Counted from the first letter of the stretch, positions 1-11,993 are shown. The stretch: DNA of 64,000 nt from an uncultured Planctomycetota bacterium (GCA_963840025.1 CAWIXI010000019.1:44485-108484), one strand, 5' to 3'. Made by a program: numbers and translations. The notes: generated by a model not told the origin, from the sequence alone.

Positions 1-1
1 G

Positions 2-505
2 ACAGCCAGCGTTGCGGCGGACGGGTACACGGTACCCTCGTGCCGAGTCGGACGTGATACGCCTACGTGCCCTGCAGATCCGGCCCTTCCAGGGTACGGT
101 CTCAATGGCATTCGCACCGGTCAGGAAGCCGTTGTTGCTAATGATCCGCTGACGTTTCTGATCGACACCGACGCGTTTGAGGTGGCCAATGATTCAGCGC
201 ATTTCACTACGGAGGGCCAGCTGGCCCTGGGTGAGGCGTTTGCCGCGTCGTACTTCCGAAACGTAGCTGTGCCCGAACCCAGTTCGTTGTTTGTTGGCTT
301 GGGGCTGCTTGCGCTGGGCGCTCGTCGACAGCGGAGACACTCGTCAATACGATCCGCGCGTGTCCTGCCACACGTCAGGTGCCATCGCCCACCGATTTCG
401 GACAGTGGGGGGCCCAGAGTTTACGTCGCTAGGGATCTACGCGACCTGTTGAGTCAAACTTCAAATGCCGCCCATCAATGTGTGGTCATCAATCCGATGC
501 AGTGA
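2..505 (+). CDS. 3' fragment of a secreted SGNH/GDSL-type esterase-like protein ending in a PEP-CTERM sorting signal (5' end outside window)
   Basis: Frame 2 is open from nt 2 to the stop at 503-505. Translation contains FEVANDSAHFTTEGQLALGEAFAASY (D-x-x-H block typical of SGNH hydrolases), then VPEPSSLFVGLGLLALGARRQRR (PEP motif, hydrophobic helix, Arg cluster). ORF 182..505 is the M-started tail of this frame. Confidence 0.5.
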   Translation, partial: TASVAADGYTVPSCRVGRDTPTCPADPALPGYGLNGIRTGQEAVVANDPLTFLIDTDAFEVANDSAHFTTEGQLALGEAFAASYFRNVAVPEPSSLFVGLGLLALGARRQRRHSSIRSARVLPHVRCHRPPISDSGGPRVYVARDLRDLLSQTSNAAHQCVVINPMQ

Positions 506-835
506 ACGACCAGCCCCGTCGGCGGCTGCGTCGTCTCCCCATCCTTGACTTATGCAAAGTTGGAAAAGACGCTGGAGGCTGCGGCGTGACGAGGGCATCC
601 CGCCAGGATTTCGCTGGCGTCGTGCGAGCGACCAGGGTGCTCATTGGTGCCCCTAGACCCGGGCAAGCCCCTCCTCCTGTTCCCCAGAAGGACCCAGAAA
701 ATCTGATCGAACCCTCTCACAAAGTCAGCCCCAGCAATTCCGCTTGAGCACCGAGCCAAGACAGTTTCCTTATTCTTTTATGTACCAGACTTGATAGCAT
801 TCAGGTCGGAAGTTTGAACCTGAGGAGCACCATCC

Positions 836-2521
836 ATGAAAAGACAATACGTCGGAATCATCCCATTTTTGCTAGAAGCAGTTTCAAAGCCGCGGCGGAG
901 AGGGGGACAGTCCCGTTTTCCTCGCAAGCTCGGAAAATTGGGACAGTCCCCGGCGGTTTTGAAACTGCTTCTAATCGGATTTGTTGCATTTGGTAGCTCG
1001 CTTCTGTTCGGATCGCCTGATGCTCTAGCGGCTGGAACCAACAGCCGTCCGAACATCGTGTTCATCTTCTCCGACGACCACGGCTACCAGGCGATCAGCG
1101 CCTACAACAAACGCTGATCGAAACGCCGAACATCGATCGGATCGCCGAGGAAGGGATGCGGTTCGACCGCTGCTACGTCACCAACTCACTCTGCGGACCG
1201 AGCCGCGCGGTCGTGCAGACCGGGAAGTACAGCCACAAGAACGGATTCTACAAAAATGGCGACAAGTTCGACGGCTCCCAGCCCACCATGCCCAAAATGC
1301 TTCAAGCCGTCGGCTATCAGACCGCGATCGTCGGCAAGTGGCACTTGGAAAGCGACCCCACAGGCTTTAACTACTGGAACGTCTTGCCGGGGCAGGGCGA
1401 GTATTACAACCCCGTCCTGATCGACAACGGCACGAAGTTGAAACACACGGGCTACGTCACCGATATCATCACCGATTTGGCGCTCAACTGGCTCAAGAAG
1501 AAGCGCGACCCCAAAAAGCCTTTCTTGCTGATGTATCAGAACAAGGCACCGCATCGCAGTTGGTTGCCGCCGATTCGCAAACTGCATCAGTTTGACGACC
1601 AGACAATTCCGCAGCCCCCCACATATTTCGACGACTACTCGCACCGCGCCAGCACGGCCCGCAGTCAGCGGATGGAGATTGCCCGCGATTTGCTTCCAGG
1701 CTCCGATTTGCGGATGTGGTTTCCCATGGATGAAACGGACGTTAAGAAAGATCCTTGGTGGAACCACATATTCAGTCAGTTGACACCTGCCGAGCAGGAA
1801 GCTTTTATTGCGGCCTACACGCCCAAAAACGACCGCCTGCGCGAGGCCAACCTCAACAGCCAACAACTCGCCAGTTGGAAATATCAGCGATTCATCAAGG
1901 ATTATCTCCGTTGCGTCGACGCGGTCGACGAGGGCGTCGGCCGGATCCTCGACTACCTCGACCAGAGCGGCCTGGCCGACAACACGATCGTCGTCTACAC
2001 CAGCGACCAAGGCGTCTTCCTGGGCGAGCACGGCTGGCTCGACAAACGCTGGATGTATGAACCATCATTGCGGACGCCGCTCTTGGTCCGCTGGCCAGGC
2101 AAAGTCAAGCCCGGCAGCGCAAGCGGCGACATTGTTTCCAATGTCGACTTCGCAGAGACGTTCTTGGACGTCGCTGTGCGCCGACATTCCGTCGGACATG
2201 CAGGGTCGCAGTCTGGTGCCGGTCCTCACGGGCCACACGCCGTCCGACTGGCGGAAGGACTTCTACTATCAGTACTACGAAGGCCTCAACGGCCCTCACC
2301 ACGTCCCGCGGATGTACGGCATCACCGACGGCCGCATGAAGCTCATCCACTATATACCTACCGGTGAGCAGGAGTTCTTCAATCTGGACGTCGACCCACT
2401 CGAGCTCGGCAAGAACTCCGAAGAGTATCTCAAAGAGCACCCCGAGGTGGAGACGCGATTGAAGCAACAACTCGCGTCGCTGCAGAACAAGCTGGAAGTC
2501 CCACCGGACCAATTGAAGTGA
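836..2521 (+). pseudogene. Cys-type S1 sulfatase (N-acetylglucosamine-6-sulfatase-like), frame broken twice (pseudogene or assembly indels)
   Basis: Three fragments. ORF 836..1117 has a signal peptide and [19 protein letters not shown]. The frame of ORF 1156..2367 has [36 protein letters not shown] (C-x-P-x-R FGly motif) and GKWHL. The frame of ORF 1808..2521 has [14 protein letters not shown]...FFNLDVDPLEL. Frame changes lie near 1105-1115 and 2160-2175. Confidence 0.85.
873..973. repeat. MITE-like palindromic element, copy 1 (97-bp body GAAGCAGTTTCAAA...TTTGAAACTGCTTC flanked by TA on both sides)
   Basis: Terminal inverted repeats TAGAAGCAGTTTCAAA(G/A)CCGC and two internal GGGAC(A/T)GTCCC palindromes. 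Its reverse complement matches 52963..53063 with 3 mismatches over 101 nt (manual alignment). It lies inside the 5' coding region of the sulfatase ORF starting at 836 and is stop-free in that frame. Confidence 0.75.
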
Positions 2522-2704
2522 TTGCCTCGCGCACGCCGCTACCATCGAGGATTAATTTACGGTGGCGGCGGCACTGACTGAAACCTGATGGAGATTTTCC
2601 GACTCGTCGCCGCACGAACGTGGCGATTTGAGAAGCAACTGCGATGCCTTCCGGTCCATTGCTCCGCCGTCAACGCCATCAGGCCATTGAGGCGAAGGTC
2701 GTTC

Positions 2705-5082
2705 CTAAAATCTCACGGACCATGAGATTTCGCCGCTCGCCGCAGGCTGAATCCGAATCCGAATAAGTTCACCACTTTGGTCAACGGATGCGGGAAGCAC
2801 TTCACCGTTTGCATTCGTAACGGCGACTGACGCTGCAGACCAGCCAACAGGGACGACTACCCTGATTTCGTAGTCGTCGCCGCCAACTATTCGGCTCTTT
2901 CCGCGCAACGTGCGATCGGCTTCAACCCACACTTCTTCAAGTACGTCGACGATTCCTTGAGTCACGTGGCGCGACGTGCTCAATAGTTGGGGATGGTCGC
3001 TAACCGGTTTCAACGTTAGTATCTTGCAGGACTCGCGAGGAACAGGAACCGTGAGAGTACCTCGGACACCCTTGATGAGCACATCATGCCAGAAATCATA
3101 AGCAACATAAACCGAGTGTTCGTCCAACCCCAGATCCGATAGTTTGCAACTGATTGACTGAGTTTGATCATCCCAATTGAAGAGTCCCACGACGTTCCGG
3201 TGCGGTTGCCGGCGCGAGTCGATCAAGGACCATATCCGCGGTGGATCGTGTGCGAACAGATCGACAGGTCGCGCATGTAGTCCATGCGAGGGCATTGTCC
3301 GCTTTAAAATATTCAGCCGCTCGGCCGGCAATCCTGGCAACCAATCGCTGCAGACAAAAAGTTGACCGCTAATCGCTACCCATGAGCAGATCAGTTGAGC
3401 GTGATTGAGCGGCACCGATTCACGCACATAGACGGGATCCGGGTCGTTGTACCAGACGCGGCCGTTCAAGAAATAATGCCTTGATCCAAATGTCGGTCCC
3501 TTCAACAACTGCTTCCAGTCAGGGCCATTGTCTGGCCCGATCCGCATGGCATCCACCAACCCCATGGCAGCGCCATAGCTCCGCATATTTTGCGGGGCGT
3601 TGCAGCCCAGGATAAATACTTGTGGACCGGCTGTCTGTCTCAACAACTTCAAGCCGTCACGAAAGATTTCGATGTTCGTCTTGCTGCGATCGTGGAACAA
3701 CGCATCACCCATTCCATCGTCTCGATACCCACTATTGACATAGCGAAGCGGAGTGCCCGTAGCCATCCACAGGCCGTCGACTTTGAAGTATTGGAACCCC
3801 CATTCTTTGGAAATTCGTTTAACAATTGATCGCAGGTGCGCTGCGCCCCGGGCTCAGTCAGATCTAAACACGTGCCGCCCCATTTCGTTTCATAAGGGCT
3901 ACCGTCCAGGTGTTTCACAAACCAATCCTGGTGGTTTGCAAAATAGGGGTCGTAGTACGTGCCAGCAAACGGCATGAACCAGATCCCAGGAGTCAAGCCG
4001 AGGGACTTGATCTTCTTGGCAATCGCCTGCATGCCGCTGGGATATGGACCCGCTGGATCATGAGTTGAAAAGTTTCGCCTGGGGCCGTTCGACGAAATCC
4101 CGGCTTGCCATTTATCGTCGATTTGAACGAACGAGAAACCGAACGGCGCCAATTGATCGGCCGCAAAATGCGCCAGGTCCATAAGGTGTTCTTCGTCAGA
4201 CGCACCACCGTGCGGCTTGGAATACCAGGTGCAGTACCCGGTCGGCTGCTCAGGAAGGTGGATATTGTAGACTTTAGCCACGGCATCCGCCCAGTCTTCC
4301 AAGCCGAGTCGGGCGTCGTCGAAGAAGCCGATCGCCAGCGTTTCCAGCCGCGCAGCTTCACTTGGTGCGATTGTCAGTTGTCCGTAGTCGAGGCGAGCGT
4401 CGATGAAGAGCGTGTCATGGTCCACTCGACTGAAGAGGACCCCGCTGCCTTTGTCGTGAGTTAGCCACCCAACGACAATCCCATTTCGACCCTCAGGCTC
4501 TACGGCCGCGAGCCACGTATAGCTGCCTGGATTCTTGGCAGGGGCGAGCAGACCGCCGGTACCAAACGTCTTGAGTTGACTTGGCGAGACTCCCCAATCG
4601 ACTTCCAGTGTGGCGAACGGGAAGTGATTTATCTTGGACTGCGACGACTTGGAATTGTGCAACTCGCCGCTCACCAGGACAAACGGTAATCTTGGATAGA
4701 TTTGTACTTGCCAACAATCGTCACCGACTCGAAATTCAATCGCTTGGCCTTTGCCGAACGTAGCGTGTTGTATCGGGATACGTTTTGCTTCCTGGACCTC
4801 TTCTGGGAATGCTGCACTTCGAACGAACGTCTGATTCGAAGGCTGATGAACGATCGACAATCGGTGGGTATTCTCGTTCCAAGTCGCAGCGACAAGCTGG
4901 TTCTTGATCGTGAGGCCGGAGGATTGCTGGCCCTGCCAACCGAAGGTGGCTCCCAGGAAGACGATTAAATACTCAGCGCGAAAAAGCATGTTGTTCGATA
5001 ATTGCCAAATTGTCACTGCATTCAGGGCCACATCGACGGAAGGGAACGCTTGCAATTCGGAGGGACGAGCGAGTATTAGCAA
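2705..5082 (-). pseudogene. clan GH-D alpha-galactosidase-like glycoside hydrolase (GH36/GH27-type), one frame break
   Basis: ORF 3649..5082(-) has TGYCTWYS...FSFVQIDDKWQ...LTPGIWFMPF. The upstream extension of ORF 2705..3766(-) reads AHLRSIVKRISKEWGFQYFKVDGLWMATG...RVWYNDPDPVYV. The two frames join near 3842-3855 in a C/G run. An alternative start is ATG 4989. Confidence 0.65.
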
Positions 5083-5173
5083 CTCTTAAACCAAAGTCTC
5101 GTCATTGGAATTGAGATAGACGGCCTATGGGAGGAACAACCAGGAGAAATGCATTACTTAAGTTTCCGAACGA

Positions 5174-6685
5174 TCAATTGAGGTGTCGGAACGGCATTGC
5201 ACGAGTGACCATTTCCTCGAGTACTTCTGGATATTCGGCACTCACGTCGTAATGTTCCCCGGGGTCCTCTTCAAGCTGATACAAAAGTGGTGTCTTTAGC
5301 CATGGGCCGGGCTCACCCCCTCTTTCCGGCTGTACTCGGAAGTGAATCTTCCATTTTCCCAGACGGTATGCTTGTAGCTCATCCCTTCGGTAATATGCAA
5401 AGTCCATACGCGGTGATTTGCCACCGGCGAATAGGAGGTCGCTCAAATCGACGCCGTCAATCACACGATCTGCAGGGGGACTTGCCCCGGCCAAATGCAG
5501 ACAGGTCGTGAATAGATCGAGGGTCGAGGCCAACTCAGTGGTCACGGTCGGCCTAATTTTTCCGGGCCACCAGGCAATGGCAGGAACACGCAAGCCGCCT
5601 TCCCAGGTCGTGAATTTACCTCCTCGCAGAATGCCTTGGGAGCCACCGTCCCATTTGTAAGTGAGCCAAGGTCCGTTGTCGCTGGTAAAGAAAACGACCG
5701 TGTTTTTTTCCAGTCCATACTTTTTCAAATTAGAGAGAATCTCGCCAACGCTCCAGTCGATTTCTTCCACACAATCTCCGTAGAGCCCGCGCCGGCTCTG
5801 CCCCCGGAAAGGTTTCGATGCAAATAGGGGAACGTGCGGCATCGTGTACGCAAGATAGATAAAGAAGGGCTTCGCCCGATTCGCTTTCATAAAGGCGTGC
5901 GCTGCTTGGGTGTACCGCCATGTCAACAGTCTTTGGTCAGTAGGGTATTCAATGACTTCATCGTTTCGCATGAGTGGCACGAGTTCACGTTGGGGCTTGT
6001 TCGGTCCTGAGAAGCTCAGCGCCCGGACCTTTTCCAGGGTCCATCCGTTCCTGAAGACGGCGTCCGGCGCGAACGCCATTTCGGGATCAATCTGCATGTC
6101 GTTGCTGTAGGGGACACCGAGATACGAATCGAATCCTCTATTTTGCGGGAGGAACTTGGGAACGTGCCCCAGATGCCACTTGCCGATGCAGGTCGACACG
6201 TACCCTTGCTTGGCCAGCAACTGAGCCAGTGTGATCTCCTTGAGATCCATCCCAGTATGCAGACGATGCGTGTAGATGCCGAGGGTGCCGTGCCGGGGAG
6301 GATATCTACCTGTAAGTAAACTAGCGCGGGCAGGGGAACATACGGACGCGGCCGTATAGAATTGAGTGAACCTCACACCCTCGGCGGCCATTCGATCGAG
6401 TTGCGGCGTTCGAATGGTCGGATGCCCGTAGCAGCTCAGATCACCGTACCCTAGATCGTCGCAGAACAGAATGATGATATTGGGGTGCTGGGGCGCTGGA
6501 CCAGCCACGGCGGTCCGCGCGGCGAACATGCCGAGCGACGCCATCAGGACGAGTCCGCAGCGCGCAAGTCGGTTCCTCACTCCGACTGTGGCGTATTCGT
6601 TCGTTCTAGTTGGAAAGTGGACGGTGGGGCGGCAGGCGTCGCGATCGCGCCGGCTTGGAGCGTTGTCAATTGGTTGCCGAATCAT
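5174..6685 (-). CDS. Cys-type S1 arylsulfatase (arylsulfatase A / GalNAc-6-sulfatase-like)
   Basis: Intact 503-aa ORF with PNIIILFCDDLGYGDLSCYGHP, AASVCSPARASLLTGRYP (C-x-P-x-R) and GKWHLG. The N-terminus has a hydrophobic signal-like stretch LVLMASLGMFAARTAVAG. The true start may be internal. Confidence 0.9.
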   Translation of the reverse strand: MIRQPIDNAPSRRDRDACRPTVHFPTRTNEYATVGVRNRLARCGLVLMASLGMFAARTAVAGPAPQHPNIIILFCDDLGYGDLSCYGHPTIRTPQLDRMAAEGVRFTQFYTAASVCSPARASLLTGRYPPRHGTLGIYTHRLHTGMDLKEITLAQLLAKQGYVSTCIGKWHLGHVPKFLPQNRGFDSYLGVPYSNDMQIDPEMAFAPDAVFRNGWTLEKVRALSFSGPNKPQRELVPLMRNDEVIEYPTDQRLLTWRYTQAAHAFMKANRAKPFFIYLAYTMPHVPLFASKPFRGQSRRGLYGDCVEEIDWSVGEILSNLKKYGLEKNTVVFFTSDNGPWLTYKWDGGSQGILRGGKFTTWEGGLRVPAIAWWPGKIRPTVTTELASTLDLFTTCLHLAGASPPADRVIDGVDLSDLLFAGGKSPRMDFAYYRRDELQAYRLGKWKIHFRVQPERGGEPGPWLKTPLLYQLEEDPGEHYDVSAEYPEVLEEMVTRAMPFRHLN

Positions 6686-7138
6686 CGCGTGCTCGTTCTT
6701 TCGTAGGTTCGATCGATCGTTCCCAGGTACACATGAGACTAACGCGGATGCCCCGAATTATTGGCTCTATCGCGGCGCACCATCGTCTCGGGTCAATTAC
6801 CCGACCAACGGTGTCCGCTTCTGCAGTGTAGCCGACGCACGGGCAGTAGTTCCACTCTTCGAAGCAATTCAACCTTCGTAACGAAGAAGGCAGGTCGAAT
6901 GCCGACTTTATGTGGCACAGATGTGCGCCTAGCGACAAGTGCCTTTGGGTGGAGTTTTGCCAACAATCTCGCAACGAGTCTCTCCTCGGCAAAGAGGCTC
7001 GGCAACGCGTGCGGTCGTTGTGCGAATTCTCGGAGGATATTCGTATCGCCGGGCGCAAGCATGACCGTCGCAAGCGAACGAGCCGGCTTTTACAATTCGT
7101 AGAATACGCTCAAAATCCGTTCCGCGGATGACAACAAC

Positions 7139-8581
7139 ATGTGGTTCCAGTTTGTTCGCATTTCGATCTGCGCCGTGGCGATTCTTGCCGAAGGTGTTCT
7201 TGCCGTTGGCGCGAATGGAGCCGACGCGCGGCTCAACGTGCTCTTCATCGCGACCGACGACATGAACTGCGACCTGAGTGCGTACGGAAATCCGCAGGTC
7301 CAGACCCCGAACCTGGAACGTCTGGCGAGGATGGGGGTGAAGTTCGACAATGCGTACTGCCAGCAACCTCTCTGCGCCCCCAGCCGCGTGAGCATCATGA
7401 CCGGCTTGCGGCCCGATACGCTCGATATTCACACGCTGGCTAACGAGTTGCGCAAGAAGAATCCGGACGTCGTCACGCTGGCTCAAATGTTTCGAAAGAA
7501 CGGCTATTTCGTCGCCCGCGCCGGAAAGATTTTCCATTACGGGAATCCGGGCCAAATCGGCACCGACGGCAACGATGACATTATCTCCTGGGACGAGCGC
7601 TACAATCCTGCCGGAATTGACAAAATTGAAGAAAACAAGATCGTCCGTTACAGCAAGGGGGGGCTCGGATGTTCAATGGCCTGGTGGGATCCCGTGAGCA
7701 AGGACGAAGAACATACCGACGGGCAAGTGGCCTCGACCGTCGTCGCTTTGCTCGATGCGCACCAGGACGAGCCGTTCTTCCTGGCGTGCGGTTTTTTCAA
7801 TCCACACTGTCCGTACGTGGCTCCCAGACGATACTTCAATCAGTACCCGCTCGACGAGATTACGCTTCCTAACTTAGCCGAAGCCAAGGCGGATATGTTG
7901 GATGTGCCGCCGATGGCGACCTACTGGGACCGCGGACATTGGCCTTATCACTTTGGAAATATCACGGTGGACCAGGCCAGACGGTGCAAGCAGGCATACT
8001 ACGCCTGCATTTCTTTCGTCGATGCCCAGGTTGGGAGGCTTTTAGACGCCTTGCAGAAACATGGACTCCTTGACAAAACCTTAATCGTCTTTTGGTCGGA
8101 TCATGGATACTTCGTCGGCGAAAAGGGGCTCTGGTTTAAACGCAAAGCATTTGAACGAGCCGCGCGGGTGCCGCTGATCATCGCCGGCCCCGGCATCGCA
8201 AAGAATGGGTCGGTAAACAAGCCGGTGGAGCTGTTGGACCTTTATCCGACGCTTGCCGATTTGTGTGGATTGACGCCCCCTGATAACCTGGAGGGGAAAT
8301 CGCTACGTCCGCTACTCACGGATCCCACCACGGCCAAGTGGACTGAGCCCGCCGTGACGGAGGTTTGGTTCAACCCGAATAATTGGGGCTACTCGATCCG
8401 CACCGAGCGGTGGCGCTATACGGAATGGCTGGAAGGGCAAGCCGGTTGCGAATTATATGACCATGCCAAGGATCCAGAAGAGGTTACCAACCTCGCCGGC
8501 GACCCAGCATACGCAGCAGTTGTCGCGGATTTGTCAGGGAAGCTAAAATCTTACGTGAAACTCAAGCCTCACGCAAGGTGA
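7139..8581 (+). CDS. Cys-type S1 sulfatase (iduronate-2-sulfatase-like)
   Basis: Intact 480-aa ORF with signal peptide [73 protein letters not shown] and FWSDHGY. Confidence 0.9.
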   Translation: MWFQFVRISICAVAILAEGVLAVGANGADARLNVLFIATDDMNCDLSAYGNPQVQTPNLERLARMGVKFDNAYCQQPLCAPSRVSIMTGLRPDTLDIHTLANELRKKNPDVVTLAQMFRKNGYFVARAGKIFHYGNPGQIGTDGNDDIISWDERYNPAGIDKIEENKIVRYSKGGLGCSMAWWDPVSKDEEHTDGQVASTVVALLDAHQDEPFFLACGFFNPHCPYVAPRRYFNQYPLDEITLPNLAEAKADMLDVPPMATYWDRGHWPYHFGNITVDQARRCKQAYYACISFVDAQVGRLLDALQKHGLLDKTLIVFWSDHGYFVGEKGLWFKRKAFERAARVPLIIAGPGIAKNGSVNKPVELLDLYPTLADLCGLTPPDNLEGKSLRPLLTDPTTAKWTEPAVTEVWFNPNNWGYSIRTERWRYTEWLEGQAGCELYDHAKDPEEVTNLAGDPAYAAVVADLSGKLKSYVKLKPHAR

Positions 8582-8643
8582 CCTTAGTCAATTCGACGCG
8601 AACAAGTTGCTCGACGAAGTTGCAAAATACGCGGGCGCACCTG

Positions 8644-10237
8644 ATGCCAACATTGAGAAGATGCCTCATGCGAGTCGCCGCAGTTGCGATTGCTATTCTC
8701 GTTTCCGTGGCGAGTGGCGGCAGGAGTTGGGCCGCGGACCGGCCAAACATCGTCTTTCTGTTTGCCGATGACTGGGGCAGACAAGCGAGCAGCTACGCCG
8801 AGCTGGACGGACCGGGCGGGATCAGCGATGCAATCAACACCCCAAATTTCGACCGCCTTGCTGCTGAAGGCGTGTTGTTTCGCAATGCATTCGTGAACGC
8901 ACCTTCCTGCACGCCGTGCCGGAGCTCGCTGCTATCTGGACAGTATTTTTGCGCGCACCGGCCGCGGCGCCATTTTGCAGGGGGCGGTGTGGGATTTCAA
9001 AATCCCAAACTGGCCGGCCTTGCTCAGCGACAACGGCTATCAGCTCGGGAGGACGGGAAAGGTTTGGAGACCAGGAACGCCGCCCGATGCGTCGTACGGG
9101 CGGAAGGAATACACCTATGAGCAAGCTGGCGGGCACATCAACGGCTTCTCTCAAAACGCGACGAAGCTCGTGGCCGCTGGCAAATCGGTGCACGAGGCGA
9201 AGCAAGAGCTGTTGGACGAAGTCCGCGCCAACTTCAGCATGTTCCTCGCCGACCAAAAGGGCGACCAACCTTTCTGCTACTGGTTCGGTCCAACCAATGT
9301 CCATCGCCAGTGGGTGCAAGGGTCCGGTACGGCGTTGTGGGGGATCGACCCGGCCGAGCTCACGGGAAAGCTGCCGCCGTTTCTCCCCGACGTGCCTGTC
9401 GTCAGGCAGGACATGGCCGACTACCTGGGAGAAGCTCAAGCGTTCGACGCCTCCGTGGGAGTGCTGCTTGACGAATTGAAGGAATCCGGACAGTACGACA
9501 ACACGTTGATCGTTATCAGTGGCGACCACGGTCCGGCCGGCTTTGCACATGGCAAGTGCAACCTGTATGACTTTGGTACCCGTGTTCCGCTAGCCATTGC
9601 AGGGCCGGGTGTGCACGGTGGACGGATTGTGGACGATTTCGTATGCCTTCCCGACCTGGCACCGACGCTTCTCGAAGCCGCCGGTGTGAAGGTTCCCGTC
9701 GTGATGACGGCCAGGAGCCTCTGGCCGGTGCTCAAATCGGACCGCACGGGCCAGGTCGACCCGACCCGCGATGCGGTCTATGTCGGCCGCGAGCGGCATG
9801 TCGCAGGGGCGCGAGCCGACTACCGGCCGTATCCGCAACGTGCAATCCGTACGGCCGACTATTTGTTCATCATCAATTTTCATCCCGAACGTTATCCGCT
9901 CGGGGATCCCTATCGCTTGCAGGGAAATGACCCGCCAACCACCGAGGAACTACGGGAGAATCTATTTGTCACATTGCAGGACGAAGACGCCGGCCCGACC
10001 AAGGCATATATCGTCAGCCGCCGCGACGACCCCGAAGTGAAGCGTTACTATGATCGTGCGTACGGGAAACGTCCTCGTGAAGAGCTGTACGATTTGAAAA
10101 AGGATCCGCACCAGATGCACAACGTGGCTGCCGACCCGAAGTACGCTTTGGTGGCTGGCAAGCTCCGGAATCGCCTGCTCGACGAATTGAGCGCGAACCG
10201 ACGATCCGCGGTTGACAGAAAACGGCAAGTTCTTTGA
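8644..10237 (+). pseudogene. Cys-type S1 sulfatase, one frame break
   Basis: The frame of ORF 8578..9120 has a signal peptide, [15 protein letters not shown] and [18 protein letters not shown]. The frame of ORF 8975..10237 has [20 protein letters not shown]...VISGDHGP. The single frame change lies near 8945-8975 (T-run 8946-8950). Start taken at ATG 8644. Confidence 0.85.
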
Positions 10238-10357
10238 AACGCCGCCGATGGCGGGGCCGTTGCCTGGCGACAAGTCGCCAGCGGTGATGCAGATGAGTCC
10301 GTCGAGCTGTGTGCTTAACAATCCGAACCGATTAGTCCGACTACCAAGTTTAACAGA

Positions 10358-11926
10358 GTGACTTTCATGTTTTCCTACAACTTGACTCGAGGTGTACTGG
10401 CCACCCTGCTACTGGTTGGCAGTGCGGCCGCGGCGGATCGCCCCAATTTCTTGTTCATCCTCACCGACGACCAGTCACCCTATACACTCAGCGCCTACGG
10501 CAATCAGGTCTGCCAGACTCCGAATATCGACCGGATCGCGCGGGAGGGCATGGTGCTTGACGACGCCCATCACATGGGCTCCTGGTCGGGAGCGGTTTGC
10601 ACGCCGTCACGTACCATGATCATGACCGGGCGCTCCGTTTGGCACATCCCGGGTGCGCGCCACTTAGCTTCTCGAGAAGCACGGGAGGCGGAAGCGACAG
10701 AAGTCGCAAAGACGAGCATGCCCGCCCTGTTCCGAGCGGCGGGATATGAAACATTTCGAACGTGCAAGAAGAGCAACAGTTTTCAGGCCGCGAATCAACT
10801 TTTTGATGTCAATCAGGAAGGAGAAAAACGCGGTGCCACCGCCGAGGAAGGCAGCGCATGGCACGCCGAACGAGCGCTGGACTTCCTGAGAAAACGGGCA
10901 GCGTCCGGCGATCACGCTCCGTTTCTGATGTATTTCGGGTTTTCCCATCCGCATGATCCCCGCAATGGGACGCCCGAGTTGTTGAAGAAATATGGCGCCG
11001 TGAATTGCGAAACGCCTCCCGTGACCGTGAATCCCGCGGCGCCGCCGCTGCAAATCAATTATCTGCCGGCTCATCCGTTTCCGCTTGGCCATCCCCACTT
11101 GCGGGACGAGGTCGCCGTTTCCGGAGTATTGAGCAGTCGGTCTGAGGCCACGATTCGCAATGAACTAGGGCGCGAGTATGCGTGTATCGAGAACATCGAC
11201 ATCCAAATCGGTCGCGTCTTGAAGATGCTCGAAGACATGGGGGAGCTCGACAACACCTACGTATTCTTCACGGCGGACCACGGTATCGCCGTCGGACGGC
11301 ACGGGCTTACGGGCAAGCAAAACCTGTACGAGCACACGTGGCGTGTTCCGTTCTTGGTGCGTGGACCGGGGATCAGTCCGGGAAGCAGAGCATCAGGGTA
11401 CATCTATCTGATGGACGTTCTTCCCACGATGTGCGACCTGGCGGGAATTGAGATACCTGCCACGATCGACGGCAAGAGTTTCCGGCCGGTGCTGGAGGGA
11501 AAACAGGACCGCATCCGCGACGTCCTGTATGGCGTCTACTGCGGCGGCACGAAGCCGGGCATTCGAGCCGTCAAGAAGGACGGATGGAAATTGATCAAGT
11601 ACGACGCGTTGGACGGCATGGTGCACGAGACGCAATTGTTCAATCTTCGGGAGAACCCGAACGAATTGATTCTCGAACACCACACGCCCGCGGTAATCGC
11701 ATTGACGGGCAACGAGCCGCGAGCAAATCAAGTCGATCTGGCGGAAAATCCGAAGTACGCTGCCAAGAGACACGAGCTCGAACAATTGCTGCTTTCCGAG
11801 GAAAAACGATGGGACGATCCCTATCGCCTTTGGGACCAGCCTCCGCTTGAGAGCGATCATAACGGGGCTGGAGTTGTCGGCCACCAGGCAACGGGGACAC
11901 CCAACCCACTCACTTCGCGGCGCTAA
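10358..11926 (+). CDS. Cys-type S1 sulfatase
   Basis: Intact 522-aa ORF with signal peptide, RPNFLFILTDDQSPYTLSAYGNQ, GAVCTPSRTMIMTGRS and FTADHGIAVG. Confidence 0.9.
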   Translation: MTFMFSYNLTRGVLATLLLVGSAAAADRPNFLFILTDDQSPYTLSAYGNQVCQTPNIDRIAREGMVLDDAHHMGSWSGAVCTPSRTMIMTGRSVWHIPGARHLASREAREAEATEVAKTSMPALFRAAGYETFRTCKKSNSFQAANQLFDVNQEGEKRGATAEEGSAWHAERALDFLRKRAASGDHAPFLMYFGFSHPHDPRNGTPELLKKYGAVNCETPPVTVNPAAPPLQINYLPAHPFPLGHPHLRDEVAVSGVLSSRSEATIRNELGREYACIENIDIQIGRVLKMLEDMGELDNTYVFFTADHGIAVGRHGLTGKQNLYEHTWRVPFLVRGPGISPGSRASGYIYLMDVLPTMCDLAGIEIPATIDGKSFRPVLEGKQDRIRDVLYGVYCGGTKPGIRAVKKDGWKLIKYDALDGMVHETQLFNLRENPNELILEHHTPAVIALTGNEPRANQVDLAENPKYAAKRHELEQLLLSEEKRWDDPYRLWDQPPLESDHNGAGVVGHQATGTPNPLTSRR

Positions 11927-11993
11927 TATACTTTGCTCAATTCAAAGGCGGTGGCTGGGGTGTCAATCGTCGAAAAGTAGCGGCATTTGACCA

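Noticed and set aside
306-505. 47-aa extension after the PEP-CTERM Arg cluster of the first ORF, considered as a possible extra domain.
   Set aside because: The tail is low-complexity and Arg/Ser/Pro-rich. Given the indel burden, a missed stop or frame error is as likely as anything else, and nothing can be supported.
1186-2031. Long antisense or alternative-frame ORFs with no recognisable motifs. Examples: 1186..2031(-), 8834..9550(-), 16204..16947(-), 24150..24842(-), 26506..27288(-), 40757..41662(-), 42362..43030(-), 46131..46778(-), 50842..51516(-), 53478..54095(-), 58105..58677(-), 59223..59924(+).
   Set aside because: Each lies entirely opposite or out of frame to a gene with strong family motifs. 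Their Arg/Ala/Pro/Gly-rich low-complexity translations are the usual stop-poor shadow ORFs of GC-rich DNA.
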